From Terriglobia bacterium (GTDB lineage: Bacteria; Acidobacteriota; Terriglobia; JAJPHL01; JAPKYU01): 64,000 nucleotides of DNA. The stretch is from NCBI GenBank assembly GCA_965223005.1, contig CBDCVK010000002.1, positions 493,075 to 557,074 of the forward strand. The letters run 5' to 3'. The notes below the pieces were generated by a model that was given only the letters and a program-made list of their open reading frames with translations, did not search any database and was not told the DNA's origin. Positions 1 to 10,887 of this stretch are shown in pieces (the stretch's first letter is position 1; every line of letters begins with the position of its first letter). The position numbers and the translations under genes were made by a program.

Positions 1-1
1 C

Positions 2-1096
<1,095 letters not shown>

Positions 1097-1112
1097 GGAT
1101 GCCCGCCGGCCG

Positions 1113-1778
1113 ATGAACGTCGCTCTGTTCGGCGGAACGTTTGATCCTGTCCATTGTGGCCACCTTTCGGCCGCTCGGGCCGCTCGCGAGCGCTTCGGTC
1201 TGGACCGTATCTATTTCGTTCCCGCAGGACGTCCCCCGCACCGCTCCCACGATCGCCTGAGTGCCTTCGAGCATCGCTACGCCATGGTGGCGCTAGCTTG
1301 TGCAGGAGAGCGCGGCTTTGTTCCCTCCTTGGCCGAGGCACCCTCGCGCCGTGGAGTCCAATATTCAGTCCACCTGGTGCGCCGCTTTCGCCGCCAGCTT
1401 GGTCCGGGGGACCGGCTCTTTTTCCTCATTGGCGTTGACGCCTTTCTGGAATTGCCGAGCTGGCACCAGTGGCGCGCCTTGCTCAATGGAGCGGATTTCC
1501 TGATTGTCAGCCGGCCCGGTTGCCCCCTGGAGCAGGTTGCTGAAGTCTTCCCGAAGGATCTGCTCCGGGAGCGGCGCACTGTGCCAGGGCCGGAGCAGGG
1601 GCCGGAACCAGTGGAGGAGTTTCGCCTGCGCCGGACCACGGCCCGGGTGCTGTCCAACGTGTGGGAACCAATCTCGGCCACCGAGGTGCGCCGGCGAGCG
1701 CGCGACGGGGGGAGTCTGCTGGGGTTGGTGCCGCCGGCAGTCGCCGAATACATTCTGGAGCAGCGCCTCTATCAATAA
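1113..1778 (+). CDS. nadD: nicotinate-nucleotide adenylyltransferase
   Basis: GGTFDPVHCGH (HxGH) motif, ISATEVR; obg-nadD-rsfS synteny. Confidence 0.95.
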   Translation: MNVALFGGTFDPVHCGHLSAARAARERFGLDRIYFVPAGRPPHRSHDRLSAFEHRYAMVALACAGERGFVPSLAEAPSRRGVQYSVHLVRRFRRQLGPGDRLFFLIGVDAFLELPSWHQWRALLNGADFLIVSRPGCPLEQVAEVFPKDLLRERRTVPGPEQGPEPVEEFRLRRTTARVLSNVWEPISATEVRRRARDGGSLLGLVPPAVAEYILEQRLYQ

Positions 1779-1872
1779 ATGAGCAATAAATGAGCAATGA
1801 ATGGGCAATGAATCCGCAATGAATTCGGCAACAGATTCGGGAACGGATTGGGCAACGAATCCAGCAATGAAG
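1773..1872 (+). repeat. degenerate 11-12 bp tandem repeat (about 9 units, CAAT/CAAC-GAAT core)
   Basis: caataaatgag caataaatgag caatgaatggg caatgaatccg caatgaattcgg caacagattcgg gaacggattggg caacgaatccag caatgaag read directly. Confidence 0.85.
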
Positions 1873-2211
1873 CCTGAACTCCATGCTGCCGTGACCGCGG
1901 CGCTGGACAAGAAAGCCGTGGACCCGGTCGCGCTTGAGTTGAGGGACGTTTGCTCGTTCACCGACTACTTTCTGATCTGCACTGGCGCCAATTCCCGACA
2001 GGTGCAGGCCATCAGCGAAGAAATCGAGCTGTGCTTGAAGCGCGGCGGGCTGCGGCCCTACCACATCGAGGGCTACCCTCAGGCGGAGTGGATCCTGATG
2101 GACTATGTAGATTTCATGGTCCATGTTTTCTCTCCTAAGGCCCGCCTGTATTACGACCTGGAGCGGCTCTGGCGGATGGCTCCCCGCATTCGTTTGGAGG
2201 AAGCGCGCTGA
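1867..2211 (+). CDS. rsfS: ribosome silencing factor RsfS (Iojap)
   Basis: DKKA...FTDYFLICTG.NSRQVQAI...WILMDYVD...VHVF...YYDLERLW; start uncertain (1801/1819/1867). Confidence 0.93.
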   Translation: MKPELHAAVTAALDKKAVDPVALELRDVCSFTDYFLICTGANSRQVQAISEEIELCLKRGGLRPYHIEGYPQAEWILMDYVDFMVHVFSPKARLYYDLERLWRMAPRIRLEEAR

Positions 2212-2235
2212 TGGCCAGTACCGTGACCGGCTCAT

Positions 2236-3264
2236 TTGGTTTCTTCGGGAAGTCTCTGGTCTTTGGGTAGCGCTGAGGAGGCTGCGGTGGGAGGAGCAAC
2301 GGGGTCAGCCGGTCAGGGTACGCACACGGACCCGGATGCCGTCCTACTAAAACTGTGGGTGGCTCAGGACCCGCAGTCCCGCAAGGTCGCCGAGATCGCC
2401 CACAAGGTGGCCCTCACCTCCACCACCGTGCTGATCCGCGGCGAAAGCGGCACCGGCAAGGACCTGCTGGCCCAGATGATCCACTACCTGGGGCCAACTC
2501 ACGATGAGCCGATGTTGAAGATTGACTGCGCCAGCCTGCCGCCCGAGCTGGTCGAAAGCGAACTGTTCGGGCACGAGCGCGGGGCTTTCACAGGGGCCGA
2601 CGCCCAGAAGCGCGGGCGTCTGGAACTGGCCGGCGGCGGCACGATTGTGCTCGACGAGGTTGCAGCGTTGACCTTGCCGATGCAGGCCAAGCTGCTGCGT
2701 GTGATCGAAGAAAAGCAGTTCGAGCGGCTGGGGGGAGCCGCCGCCGTGCGCATTCGTGCCCGGTTGATCGCCCTGACCAACGCGGACTTGGAGCAGGCGG
2801 TCGGGCGCGGGGACTTTCGCGAAGACCTGTACTTTCGGCTGAACGTCTTCCCCATCGTCCTGCCGCCGCTGCGCGAGCGGCGCGGCGACATCCTGCCGCT
2901 GGCCGAGCACCTACTGGTCGCCCTGGCCGAAGTGCACCGCAGGCGCCCGGTTCGTCTTGCGCCCAAGGCCGCCGCGGCGCTCCAAGAATACGACTTTCCC
3001 GGGAATGTCCGCGAGCTAAGGAACCTGATGGAGCGCGCCCTCATCTTCGCGTCTGGTCAGGAGATTGGTCTGGAGCAGCTGCCCGCGCACCTGTCCGAAG
3101 GCAAGTCGGCAGTCGAGGGCAAGCCGACGCTGGCGGAACTCGAGCGGCAGTACATCGCCGAAGTGCTGGACTACACGCGCGGCCGCAAGTCCCGCGCCGC
3201 CGAAATCCTGGGTATCAGCCGCAAGACGCTGCTCGAGAAGCGCAAGCGCTACGGCCTGGACTAG
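2236..3264 (+). CDS. sigma-54-interacting AAA+ transcriptional regulator with Fis-type HTH, no obvious sensor domain
   Basis: GESGTGK Walker A, ESELFGHERGAFTGA, FREDLYFRLNV, FPGNVREL, C-terminal AAEILGISRKTL; start uncertain. Confidence 0.9.
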   Translation: MVSSGSLWSLGSAEEAAVGGATGSAGQGTHTDPDAVLLKLWVAQDPQSRKVAEIAHKVALTSTTVLIRGESGTGKDLLAQMIHYLGPTHDEPMLKIDCASLPPELVESELFGHERGAFTGADAQKRGRLELAGGGTIVLDEVAALTLPMQAKLLRVIEEKQFERLGGAAAVRIRARLIALTNADLEQAVGRGDFREDLYFRLNVFPIVLPPLRERRGDILPLAEHLLVALAEVHRRRPVRLAPKAAAALQEYDFPGNVRELRNLMERALIFASGQEIGLEQLPAHLSEGKSAVEGKPTLAELERQYIAEVLDYTRGRKSRAAEILGISRKTLLEKRKRYGLD

Positions 3265-3351
3265 TGACGAGCCGCGAGCTCCCGGTGGTTGCTTTGCTCT
3301 GCCGGCGGTTGCTTTGGCCCGAATGCAGAGTCTTGACTGCCAAGTTCTGGC

Positions 3352-3774
3352 ATGAAAATTCGCATTGCTTATGTGGGGCGGTCGCGTAACCGTGCGCTGA
3401 ATGAGGCGGCGGCTGAGTATGCGCGACGCTTGGGACATTTTTGCGATTTTGGGCAGCGAGAACTGCGCGAAGCCGACCTGGCCCGGGTGCACCAAAAATT
3501 CCCGCGGGCCATGCTGGTTGCCTTGGATGCGGCGGGCCGGCGAATGGACTCAGCCGCTTTCACGCGCTGGCTGGAGCGGTTGCGCCACGGCGGCACGCGC
3601 GAGTTGGTGATCCTGGTGGGAGGCGCCGACGGCCTCCCGACGGCCCTGCGCGCCGAGTGCGAATTGCTGTCGCTTTCCCCTCTCACCCTGCCCCACGAGT
3701 TGGCCCGCGTGGTCCTGTTGGAGCAGATTTACCGCGCTTTTGCCACGCTCCACAATCACCCCTATCCCCGATAA
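3352..3774 (+). CDS. rlmH: 23S rRNA m3Psi1915 methyltransferase RlmH
   Basis: GGADG, SLSPLTLPHELARVVLLEQIYRA...HPY. Confidence 0.93.
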   Translation: MKIRIAYVGRSRNRALNEAAAEYARRLGHFCDFGQRELREADLARVHQKFPRAMLVALDAAGRRMDSAAFTRWLERLRHGGTRELVILVGGADGLPTALRAECELLSLSPLTLPHELARVVLLEQIYRAFATLHNHPYPR

Positions 3775-3803
3775 CGGTCCTCCGCTAGAATGTTTTCTTA
3801 GAT

Positions 3804-4328
3804 ATGGGGCTGCTGATCATTTACACGGGCAACGGAAAGGGCAAGACCAGCGCCGCGCTGGGGACTGCCTTGCGCGCCATCGGCCAGGGACTGAAGGTGC
3901 TAATGGTGCAGTTCCTGAAAGGGTCCTGGCACTACGGCGAGCTGGACACAGCCGAGCTGCTGGGCGAAGAGCGCTTCCAGCTGCTGCCCATGGGGCGCGG
4001 CTTCGTCAAGGTGGGTACGGAGAAGCCGGACCCGGCGGATGTGGAGCTGGTGGAAAAGGCCTGGGAACTTGGCCGGGAAAAGGTCTTCTCGGGCGAGTAC
4101 CAGTTGGTGATTTTCGACGAGATCAACTACGCTATTCACTATGGCATGCTCGCTGCCGAAAGAGTAGCTGAAGCGTTGGCGCAACGGCCCGAGGACGTCC
4201 ACGTCATCCTGACCGGGCGTAACGCCCACCCCAGCCTGGTCGAGGTCGCTGACCTGGTCACGGAAATGAAAGAGATCAAGCACCCGTTCCAGAAAGGCAT
4301 CCTGGCGCAACGCGGCATTGATTATTAA
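3804..4328 (+). CDS. cobO: cob(I)yrinic acid a,c-diamide adenosyltransferase
   Basis: YTGNGKGKTSAALG, QFLKG, DEINYA, LTGR, KHPFQKGI.AQRGIDY. Confidence 0.93.
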   Translation: MGLLIIYTGNGKGKTSAALGTALRAIGQGLKVLMVQFLKGSWHYGELDTAELLGEERFQLLPMGRGFVKVGTEKPDPADVELVEKAWELGREKVFSGEYQLVIFDEINYAIHYGMLAAERVAEALAQRPEDVHVILTGRNAHPSLVEVADLVTEMKEIKHPFQKGILAQRGIDY

Positions 4329-4389
4329 CGGGGGATTATTGACCAGGGATTGTCGGCGAGGAAGCGCCGCTGCAAGCTCGGAGAACTGC

Positions 4390-5289
4390 ATGGCTTGGTT
4401 CAAGAGAGAAAAGAAGCCTCTGGAAGCGTCGGACGAGAAGCACGTCCGAACCGAGGGGTTGTGGACCAAGTGCAGCAACTGCCGGCAGATTATCTGGAAG
4501 AAAGACCTGGAAGCTGGTTGGAATGTCTGCCCCCGCTGCGAGTGTCATTTCCGCATTGACGCCGGCACGCGCCTCCGTCTGCTGCTGGATGGCGACTGGA
4601 CGGAGCATGATGCCAGCCTGGCCTCCACCGATCCGCTCCAGTTTGTAGACCTGAAGAGTTACCGGGACCGCTTGGCCCAGACGCAGAAACAAACCCGGCT
4701 CAAGGACGCCTTGATCACCGCCGAGGGCACGCTGGGGCAGCACCCTGTGGTGCTTTGTGCGATGGAGTACAGCTTCATCGGAGGAAGCATGGGAGCGGTG
4801 GTGGGCGAAAAAATCACCCGCGCCATCGAGCGCAGCCTGGCCAGCCGCCTGCCGCTGATCATCGTCTCGGCCTCCGGGGGCGCGCGCATGATGGAAGGGG
4901 TGGTGAGTCTGATGCAGATGGCAAAGATTAGCGCCGCCCTGGTCCGCCTGGACGAGGAGCGCATCCCCTACATCAGCGTGCTCACCGATCCCACCACCGG
5001 CGGCGTCACCGCCAGTTTCGCCATGCTGGGCGACCTGAACATCGCCGAGCCCGGCGCCTTGATCGGCTTTGCCGGGCCTCGCGTGATTGAGCAGACAATT
5101 CGCCAGAAGTTGCCCGAAGGTTTCCAGCGCAGCGAATTTCTGCTGGAGCACGGCATGCTAGACGCGGTCGTGCACCGCAAGGACCTGAAACACTACATTG
5201 CGCGGGCACTGGAGTTTTGCCTTCCGTCCAGTTCCACCAGCGGCGGCCCGAGCGGACCTGCCAGTTTCGGACCTACCAGTTCCAGATAA
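4390..5289 (+). CDS. accD: acetyl-CoA carboxylase carboxyltransferase beta subunit
   Basis: MAWFK, Zn finger CSNC..CPRC, GGSMG.VVGEKI, SGGARM, GFAGPRVIEQT. Confidence 0.97.
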   Translation: MAWFKREKKPLEASDEKHVRTEGLWTKCSNCRQIIWKKDLEAGWNVCPRCECHFRIDAGTRLRLLLDGDWTEHDASLASTDPLQFVDLKSYRDRLAQTQKQTRLKDALITAEGTLGQHPVVLCAMEYSFIGGSMGAVVGEKITRAIERSLASRLPLIIVSASGGARMMEGVVSLMQMAKISAALVRLDEERIPYISVLTDPTTGGVTASFAMLGDLNIAEPGALIGFAGPRVIEQTIRQKLPEGFQRSEFLLEHGMLDAVVHRKDLKHYIARALEFCLPSSSTSGGPSGPASFGPTSSR

Positions 5290-5298
5290 GATGCCGCC

Positions 5299-6576
5299 AT
5301 GACCTACGGGGCCGCCGTTTCCTATTTGCTTTCGGTGGGCCAGGAGCTGCGAGGAGTCAAGTTTGATCTGGCCAACATTCGCCGCTTGTTGGAGGAACTC
5401 GGCCATCCCGAGCAAGCCTGGAAGGCGGTGCAAATCGCCGGCACCAATGGCAAAGGGTCAGCGGCGGCGATGCTGGAAGCGGTGCTGCGCTCGGCCGGCT
5501 ACCGCACGGGCCTGTATACCTCGCCACACTTGGTACGCGTCAACGAGCGCATTCATGTTGCGGGCGAGGAGATTGCCGACTCCGATTTCGCTGCCGTCTC
5601 GGCCGACGTGGTGGCTGCTGTGGAGCGTCTGCTCGCGCGCCACGAGCTGCCGGCGCATCCCAGCTTCTTCGAGTCCCTCACAGCAATCGCGTTCGAACAC
5701 TTTCGCCGCGCCCACTGCGAGATTACCGCAGTCGAAGTGGGCATGGGCGGCCGGCTGGATGCCACCAGCGCGCTCACTCCGCTGCTCTCCATCATCATGC
5801 CGGTGGAGTTCGACCATGAACCTTACCTGGGCCACACCCTGGAGCAGATCGCGTTCGAGAAGGCCGGCATTATCAGGGAAGGTGGCGTGGTGGTAAGCGC
5901 GGCGCAACATCCGGAGGCGGCGTCGGTGCTGGAACGTGTCGCGCGGGAGCGCGGTGCACGCCTGGTCTACGCTCAACAGGACACCCTGCTTCGGCTGAAC
6001 GGGCAGTTGCGGCTGGCCCTGCCTGGCCGCCACCAGGCGGCCAACGCCGCCGTGGTAGCGACCGCGGTCCAGGAATTGCGCCGCCTCAGTGTCGAGGTTT
6101 CGCTCGCGGCGCTGGTCGAGGGTCTGGCAACCGTGCGCTGGCCGGGGCGCCTGGAATGGATACAGGGAAGGCCGGCGCTGCTACTGGACGGCGCCCACAA
6201 CCCGGCCGCTGCCCGCGCCCTCGGTGTCTACCTTCGCGAGTCGCTGTTGGCCTCTGATCCGGGAGCAACCGGTCAGCGGCTCGTGCTGGTGTTTAGCAGC
6301 ATGCGGGACAAGGCGGTGGCGGAGATCGCTGACCTGCTGTTTCCGCTGGCGGCGGCCGTCGTTCTGACGCGTCCGCAGCAGAGGCGCGCAGCCACACCGC
6401 AAGGCATTGCAGAGCTGACCAGCCACCTGAACGCGTGCGTGCTCGAGCGCGAGGAGCCAGGCAAGGCGCTGGAACTGGCGCGCGAGCTGGCGGGGCCAGA
6501 CGGTGTGGTAGTAGTCACCGGCTCACTCTACCTGGTGGGAGAAATCCGCCAGCTCGTGCTGGGACGCGGCCCATGA
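5299..6576 (+). CDS. folC: folylpolyglutamate/dihydrofolate synthase
   Basis: AGTNGKGS, YTSPHL, EVGMGGRLDAT, DGAHN, GSLYLVGE; follows accD. Confidence 0.95.
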   Translation: MTYGAAVSYLLSVGQELRGVKFDLANIRRLLEELGHPEQAWKAVQIAGTNGKGSAAAMLEAVLRSAGYRTGLYTSPHLVRVNERIHVAGEEIADSDFAAVSADVVAAVERLLARHELPAHPSFFESLTAIAFEHFRRAHCEITAVEVGMGGRLDATSALTPLLSIIMPVEFDHEPYLGHTLEQIAFEKAGIIREGGVVVSAAQHPEAASVLERVARERGARLVYAQQDTLLRLNGQLRLALPGRHQAANAAVVATAVQELRRLSVEVSLAALVEGLATVRWPGRLEWIQGRPALLLDGAHNPAAARALGVYLRESLLASDPGATGQRLVLVFSSMRDKAVAEIADLLFPLAAAVVLTRPQQRRAATPQGIAELTSHLNACVLEREEPGKALELARELAGPDGVVVVTGSLYLVGEIRQLVLGRGP

Positions 6577-7364
6577 GTGCGGCTCGCAACGCCCTGGGGT
6601 GGTTGCGCTCGGTGCTCGTCACCAACCCGCTGATTTGCCTCTATACCATCGTCATGGGAACGATCTCGTTGGCCAGTTCCCTGGTGGACCCCCGGGGGAT
6701 CTTTCAGCACCGTTGCGCGCAGATCTGGTCGCGCATGATCCTGGCCACCGGCCGTGTTAGGGTCCGCGTGCGGGGCTGGGAGAACGTTGAGCCTGGCCAC
6801 GCCTACATCTTTTGCGCCAACCACATGAGCTTGATTGATACCCCGGTGATTTTCGGAAAACTGCCGGTGCAGTTCACCATCCTGGCCAAGAAAAGCCTGT
6901 TTCGGATTCCGTTTATGGGTTGGCACCTCCGCCGTTCGGGACACTTGCCAGTGGATTATGAGAATCCCCGCGCAGCCCGACGCAGTTTCGAGCAGGCAGC
7001 GCAGAAACTCCGTACCGGCTCCTCGCTGTTCTTTTTCCCCGAGGGTGGACGCAGTCGCGACTCGCGCTTGCGGCCGTTCCGGGCTGGGCCGTTCCTGCTG
7101 GCCATCAAGGCACGTGTCCCGGTGGTGCCGGTAGTGATTTTGGGAACACGTGAGGTGTTGCCAGTCGGTTCCATCAACATTCGGCCGGGTCAGGTCGAAG
7201 TGGTGGTGAAGGAACCCATTCCGACTGCCGGCACGACGCGCAAGGATGCAGACCGGCTGGCAACCGAAGTTCGTGAGCAAATTGCGCGCTCTCTGCCCGG
7301 GGAGGGGGCGGATGAAGCCGGACACGGCTTATCCGCAGTGAGCGCAGGAGAGGCCGAGGACTGA
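6573..7364 (+). CDS. plsC: 1-acyl-sn-glycerol-3-phosphate acyltransferase
   Basis: NHMSLID (NHxSxxD), FPEGGRS; ATG overlaps folC stop. Confidence 0.88.
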   Translation: MSAARNALGWLRSVLVTNPLICLYTIVMGTISLASSLVDPRGIFQHRCAQIWSRMILATGRVRVRVRGWENVEPGHAYIFCANHMSLIDTPVIFGKLPVQFTILAKKSLFRIPFMGWHLRRSGHLPVDYENPRAARRSFEQAAQKLRTGSSLFFFPEGGRSRDSRLRPFRAGPFLLAIKARVPVVPVVILGTREVLPVGSINIRPGQVEVVVKEPIPTAGTTRKDADRLATEVREQIARSLPGEGADEAGHGLSAVSAGEAED

Positions 7365-7389
7365 GAGCGCGCGGCTAGGCTAACCGCCG

Positions 7390-8109
7390 ATGGCTTTTGG
7401 AGGGGTGGTGCGACCATTGATTGGCATCAGTTGCCGGCTGGAGGAAAGGCCGGCAGAGGAAAACGACTGGTTCTATTTGCAGCGTGAGTACAGCGAAGCG
7501 GTGCTGGCCGCCGGAGGCATCCCGGTCATGCTGCCGCTGCTGGGCAAGCCGGAATATGCGGTGGGGCTCGCGGAGCGGCTTGACGCTATCGTGCTGCCCG
7601 GCAGTCGCAGCGATGTGGACCCGGCGCGCTACGGCGCCAGCCCGCATTCCAAGCTGGGCCCGGTGCACCGCGAGCGGGACGAGCTGGACGCGGCCCTAAT
7701 TCGGCAGGCGTTGGAGCAGCACAAACCGCTGCTGGGCATCTGCTTCGGCACTCAGATGCTGAACGTGGCGATGGGCGGCAGCCTGGTGCAGCATCTGGAA
7801 ACCGACATTGCGCACAGTGACCGCAAGGTGTCCCACACTGTGCGGGTCGAGGCTGGGTCGTTGCTGGCGCGGCTGGGCGGGGCTGGCGACCATGAGGTCA
7901 ATACCAGCCACCACCAGGCCCTGGAGCGCGTGCCGGCAGCGCTGCGAATCACGGCGCGTACACCCGACGGCGTCATCGAGGCGGTGGAGACGACCGAGCC
8001 TGACCGCTTCTTGCTGGGTGTGCAGTGGCACCCGGAGCGAATCTGGCAGAAGAGTCCGATTTCCCGCGCCTTGTTTGAGGAACTGGTCCGCCGCGGAGTG
8101 AGACAGTAG
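7390..8109 (+). CDS. peptidase C26 / gamma-glutamyl-GABA hydrolase family (class I glutamine amidotransferase)
   Basis: DVDP..YG, LGICFG.Q, VNTSHHQA, GVQWHPE. Confidence 0.9.
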   Translation: MAFGGVVRPLIGISCRLEERPAEENDWFYLQREYSEAVLAAGGIPVMLPLLGKPEYAVGLAERLDAIVLPGSRSDVDPARYGASPHSKLGPVHRERDELDAALIRQALEQHKPLLGICFGTQMLNVAMGGSLVQHLETDIAHSDRKVSHTVRVEAGSLLARLGGAGDHEVNTSHHQALERVPAALRITARTPDGVIEAVETTEPDRFLLGVQWHPERIWQKSPISRALFEELVRRGVRQ

Positions 8110-8188
8110 ACGGTAGGCCGTAGGCAGCAGGCGGGCAGCGGAAGGAATTTAGACCTTGGGATTTCAGTGAGCCAATCGGTGAGTTAAG

Positions 8189-8983
8189 ATGAATCGCTTG
8201 CGGCTTTTGATCGCTTCTTTTCTGATTCTACTCCTACATTCCAGGGCGCTACCCGCGCAAGAAACCAGCCCGGCGGACAAGGGGCGGGCGATCTTAGAGG
8301 CGACCATTGAGAAACTGGGCGGAACAGCCTTTCTCAAGGCCCGTGATTTGAGAGCCGAGGGCCGCGCCTTCCAGTTCGGGCGCGATGAACGGCTTTCCGG
8401 GCTGGCGCGCTTCGTCGCCTACGAAAAGTTCCCCGACAAGGAACGGCAGGAGCTGGGTAAGAACAAGGATGTCATTGTGGTCTTCAACGGCGACAAGGGC
8501 TGGGACAAGACCTTTCGCGGCGTGCGAGAGTATTCCCCCGAGGAGATGCAGCGAATCCGGGAGAACAATCTGCTCAGCGTGGAGTATATCCTGCGCTCCC
8601 GGATGAAGGAGCCGGGATTACTGGTGCGCTACGCGGGCGGGGACATGATCGCACACCGCCCAGTGAACCTGGTGGAGGTGGTGGACGCCGAGAATCGCGC
8701 CGTGACCATTGCGATCGAGCGCGCCAGCAAACTGCCGGTGCGGCGCCAGTGGTCGCGTCGTAATCCCCGGACCCGGGTGCGAGAGACCGAGGTGGAAGTG
8801 CTGGGCAAGTACCGAAGCGTAAGCGGAATTTACACTCCCTACTACCGGCTGCGCGAGCGTAACGGGCAGAAAATCCTCGAAATTTTCCTCACCTCCGCCG
8901 CCTACAACGTGGAGCCGCCAGATTCGCTGTTCCAGCGCCCGCCTGGCCCGGAGCGCCACGAACCGCGCCGGCGCAAGCGCTAA
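8189..8983 (+). CDS. secreted hypothetical protein (possible LolA-like fold)
   Basis: signal peptide ending ALPA-Q; beta-rich; ends P.SLF..P as in LolA-like proteins. Confidence 0.65.
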   Translation: MNRLRLLIASFLILLLHSRALPAQETSPADKGRAILEATIEKLGGTAFLKARDLRAEGRAFQFGRDERLSGLARFVAYEKFPDKERQELGKNKDVIVVFNGDKGWDKTFRGVREYSPEEMQRIRENNLLSVEYILRSRMKEPGLLVRYAGGDMIAHRPVNLVEVVDAENRAVTIAIERASKLPVRRQWSRRNPRTRVRETEVEVLGKYRSVSGIYTPYYRLRERNGQKILEIFLTSAAYNVEPPDSLFQRPPGPERHEPRRRKR

Positions 8984-9069
8984 GCAGTGACCAGTCGGCG
9001 GTAGCTATCCTCGACCTCGACTACTGCTCCACTGCTGTCTTCCTCGAAGCTACTGTCTTGCAGTTTGGC

Positions 9070-9501
9070 TTACACTTTGGCGATCAACTTGATCTCGATC
9101 AGTTGGTTCGGAAACGCGAGACGCGGAGTCACCAGTATGGTGCTCGCCACGACGGGCGTGCCGGAATAAGCTTCCTCCCGGACCTTTCCCACTACGGCGA
9201 AAGCAGCATCCATGTCCCTCACGTACACGACTTCATCGACCGCATTGTCCAGCGTTGCGCCATACTGCGCGAGCACCTTCTTGGCGTTGACGTAGCTTTG
9301 GCGCATCTGGGTCTCCATGTTCCCGTAGTCGGTGATATTTCCTTTGTCGTCAACTGGCGCCGGGCCGACCATATTCCCCTTGTCGTCGTGGCTCAGCTGC
9401 CCGGATACATAGATGGTGTCCCCAACTTTCACAGCCTGCGAGTAGCCGTACCCCTTCTCCCACGGCATGCCTAACCCTTTTGCGTCTTTGCGGATTGTCA
9501 C
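9070..9501 (-). CDS. RidA/YjgF family protein
   Basis: GYSQAVKVGDTIYVSGQL, ASTILVTPRLA...LIEI; AAGGAGG upstream of GTG 9501. Confidence 0.88.
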   Translation of the reverse strand: MTIRKDAKGLGMPWEKGYGYSQAVKVGDTIYVSGQLSHDDKGNMVGPAPVDDKGNITDYGNMETQMRQSYVNAKKVLAQYGATLDNAVDEVVYVRDMDAAFAVVGKVREEAYSGTPVVASTILVTPRLAFPNQLIEIKLIAKV

Positions 9502-9556
9502 AGCTCCTCCTTTGGCATAAGCGTAAGTTCCAACCACGCTCTTAGCTCTTATAGAC

Positions 9557-10828
9557 TCAGTGGATGGTGCGGGTCTTGCGCGACATGTAATCCATCAGCA
9601 GGTACTGGCCCAGGTTGAAGGGGGTGGTGAAGTAGGCTTTGCCGCGGCAGATTTCTGTAACCTTGCGCACGAAATTCACCAAGCCGTAGTCGCTGGCCAG
9701 CATGAAGGTGTTAATCAGGATTCCACCACGCCGGCACTTGGCCACTTCTTTCAATGTCTCGCTGACCACCAGGGGGTCCAGGCCAAAGGCATTCTTGTAG
9801 ATGCGCCCGTCTTCCAATGTCAGCGCCGACGGCTTGCCGTCGGTGATCATGATGATTTGGCGCATGTCCTTGCCCTGGCGGGCCAGCAGGCGCTGGGACA
9901 GGCGCAGGCCCTCGCGGGTGTTGGTGTAATGAGGTCCCACCTGCACGCGGGCCAGTTGGGTCAGGGGTACTTCCTCGGCCGAGTCGTGGAACAGCACTAA
10001 CTGCAGACTGTCACCGGAATATTGCATGCGAATCAGGTGCGCCAGCGCCAGGGTCACCTGCTTGGCAGGAGTGAAGCGGTCCTCGCCGTAGAGGATCATG
10101 CTGTGGCTGCAGTCCAGCATCAGCACAGTGGCGCAAGAGGACTGGTACTCGGCCTGCTGGACCTGCAGATCCGGGTAATCCAGGTCCAACGGCAGCTTCA
10201 TCCCGGCGCGCTTCATGGCGCTGAACAGGGTTCCGCTGATGTCCAGATTGAGCGTGTCGCCAAACTCATAGGGTTTCGAGGCCCCACAGGCTTCGATGCC
10301 GGTAGCCAGATCGCGCGTGTCGTGACGACCGAAGCTGGATTTGCCCAGCGAGGCGAGCAGGTCTTTCAGGGTGCGGTAGCCGAGGAAGTCCAGGCTCTTG
10401 TCGGTCAGTTCAAACTTGACCTGGGACTGAGAGTCCATGTGGCCGGCGGCGTTGGACATCTGTGTGAGCGGCTGATTGGGAGATTGCTCGGGGTCGAAAG
10501 GCTCACTGACGGTGATGTAGCCTTCTTGCTGGAGCCGCTCGGCAAGTTGCTCCACCAACTGCTGCATCTGTTCCGGCGTCATGTTCTCCAGCCGCTCCAT
10601 CCACTCCTGGAGCTGGTCGTCGGAGAAGGCGCCGCCGCTCTCGAGCGCTTCCCGGATGGCCTCCTTGAGCTGATCCATCGAGCGCTCCGAATCGTTCTCG
10701 AAGCCGTAGTAATTCTGCATCTGGAAGCCGCTTTGTAGCAGGAAGCCGGCCAGCGCTTTCATCAGACTGTCGAGGTCAATGCCCTCCAGTTCCTCCCCGG
10801 TGAATTTCGAGTACTTGATAAATTTCAT
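9557..10828 (-). CDS. VWA domain-containing protein
   Basis: [21 protein letters not shown]; paired with upstream AAA ATPase. Confidence 0.9.
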   Translation of the reverse strand: MKFIKYSKFTGEELEGIDLDSLMKALAGFLLQSGFQMQNYYGFENDSERSMDQLKEAIREALESGGAFSDDQLQEWMERLENMTPEQMQQLVEQLAERLQQEGYITVSEPFDPEQSPNQPLTQMSNAAGHMDSQSQVKFELTDKSLDFLGYRTLKDLLASLGKSSFGRHDTRDLATGIEACGASKPYEFGDTLNLDISGTLFSAMKRAGMKLPLDLDYPDLQVQQAEYQSSCATVLMLDCSHSMILYGEDRFTPAKQVTLALAHLIRMQYSGDSLQLVLFHDSAEEVPLTQLARVQVGPHYTNTREGLRLSQRLLARQGKDMRQIIMITDGKPSALTLEDGRIYKNAFGLDPLVVSETLKEVAKCRRGGILINTFMLASDYGLVNFVRKVTEICRGKAYFTTPFNLGQYLLMDYMSRKTRTIH

Positions 10829-10887
10829 AGGCTGCTAGAAATCTGCGTCGGCTAAAGAATCCCCGGGCAACCCCCTAAATTCGCAAT

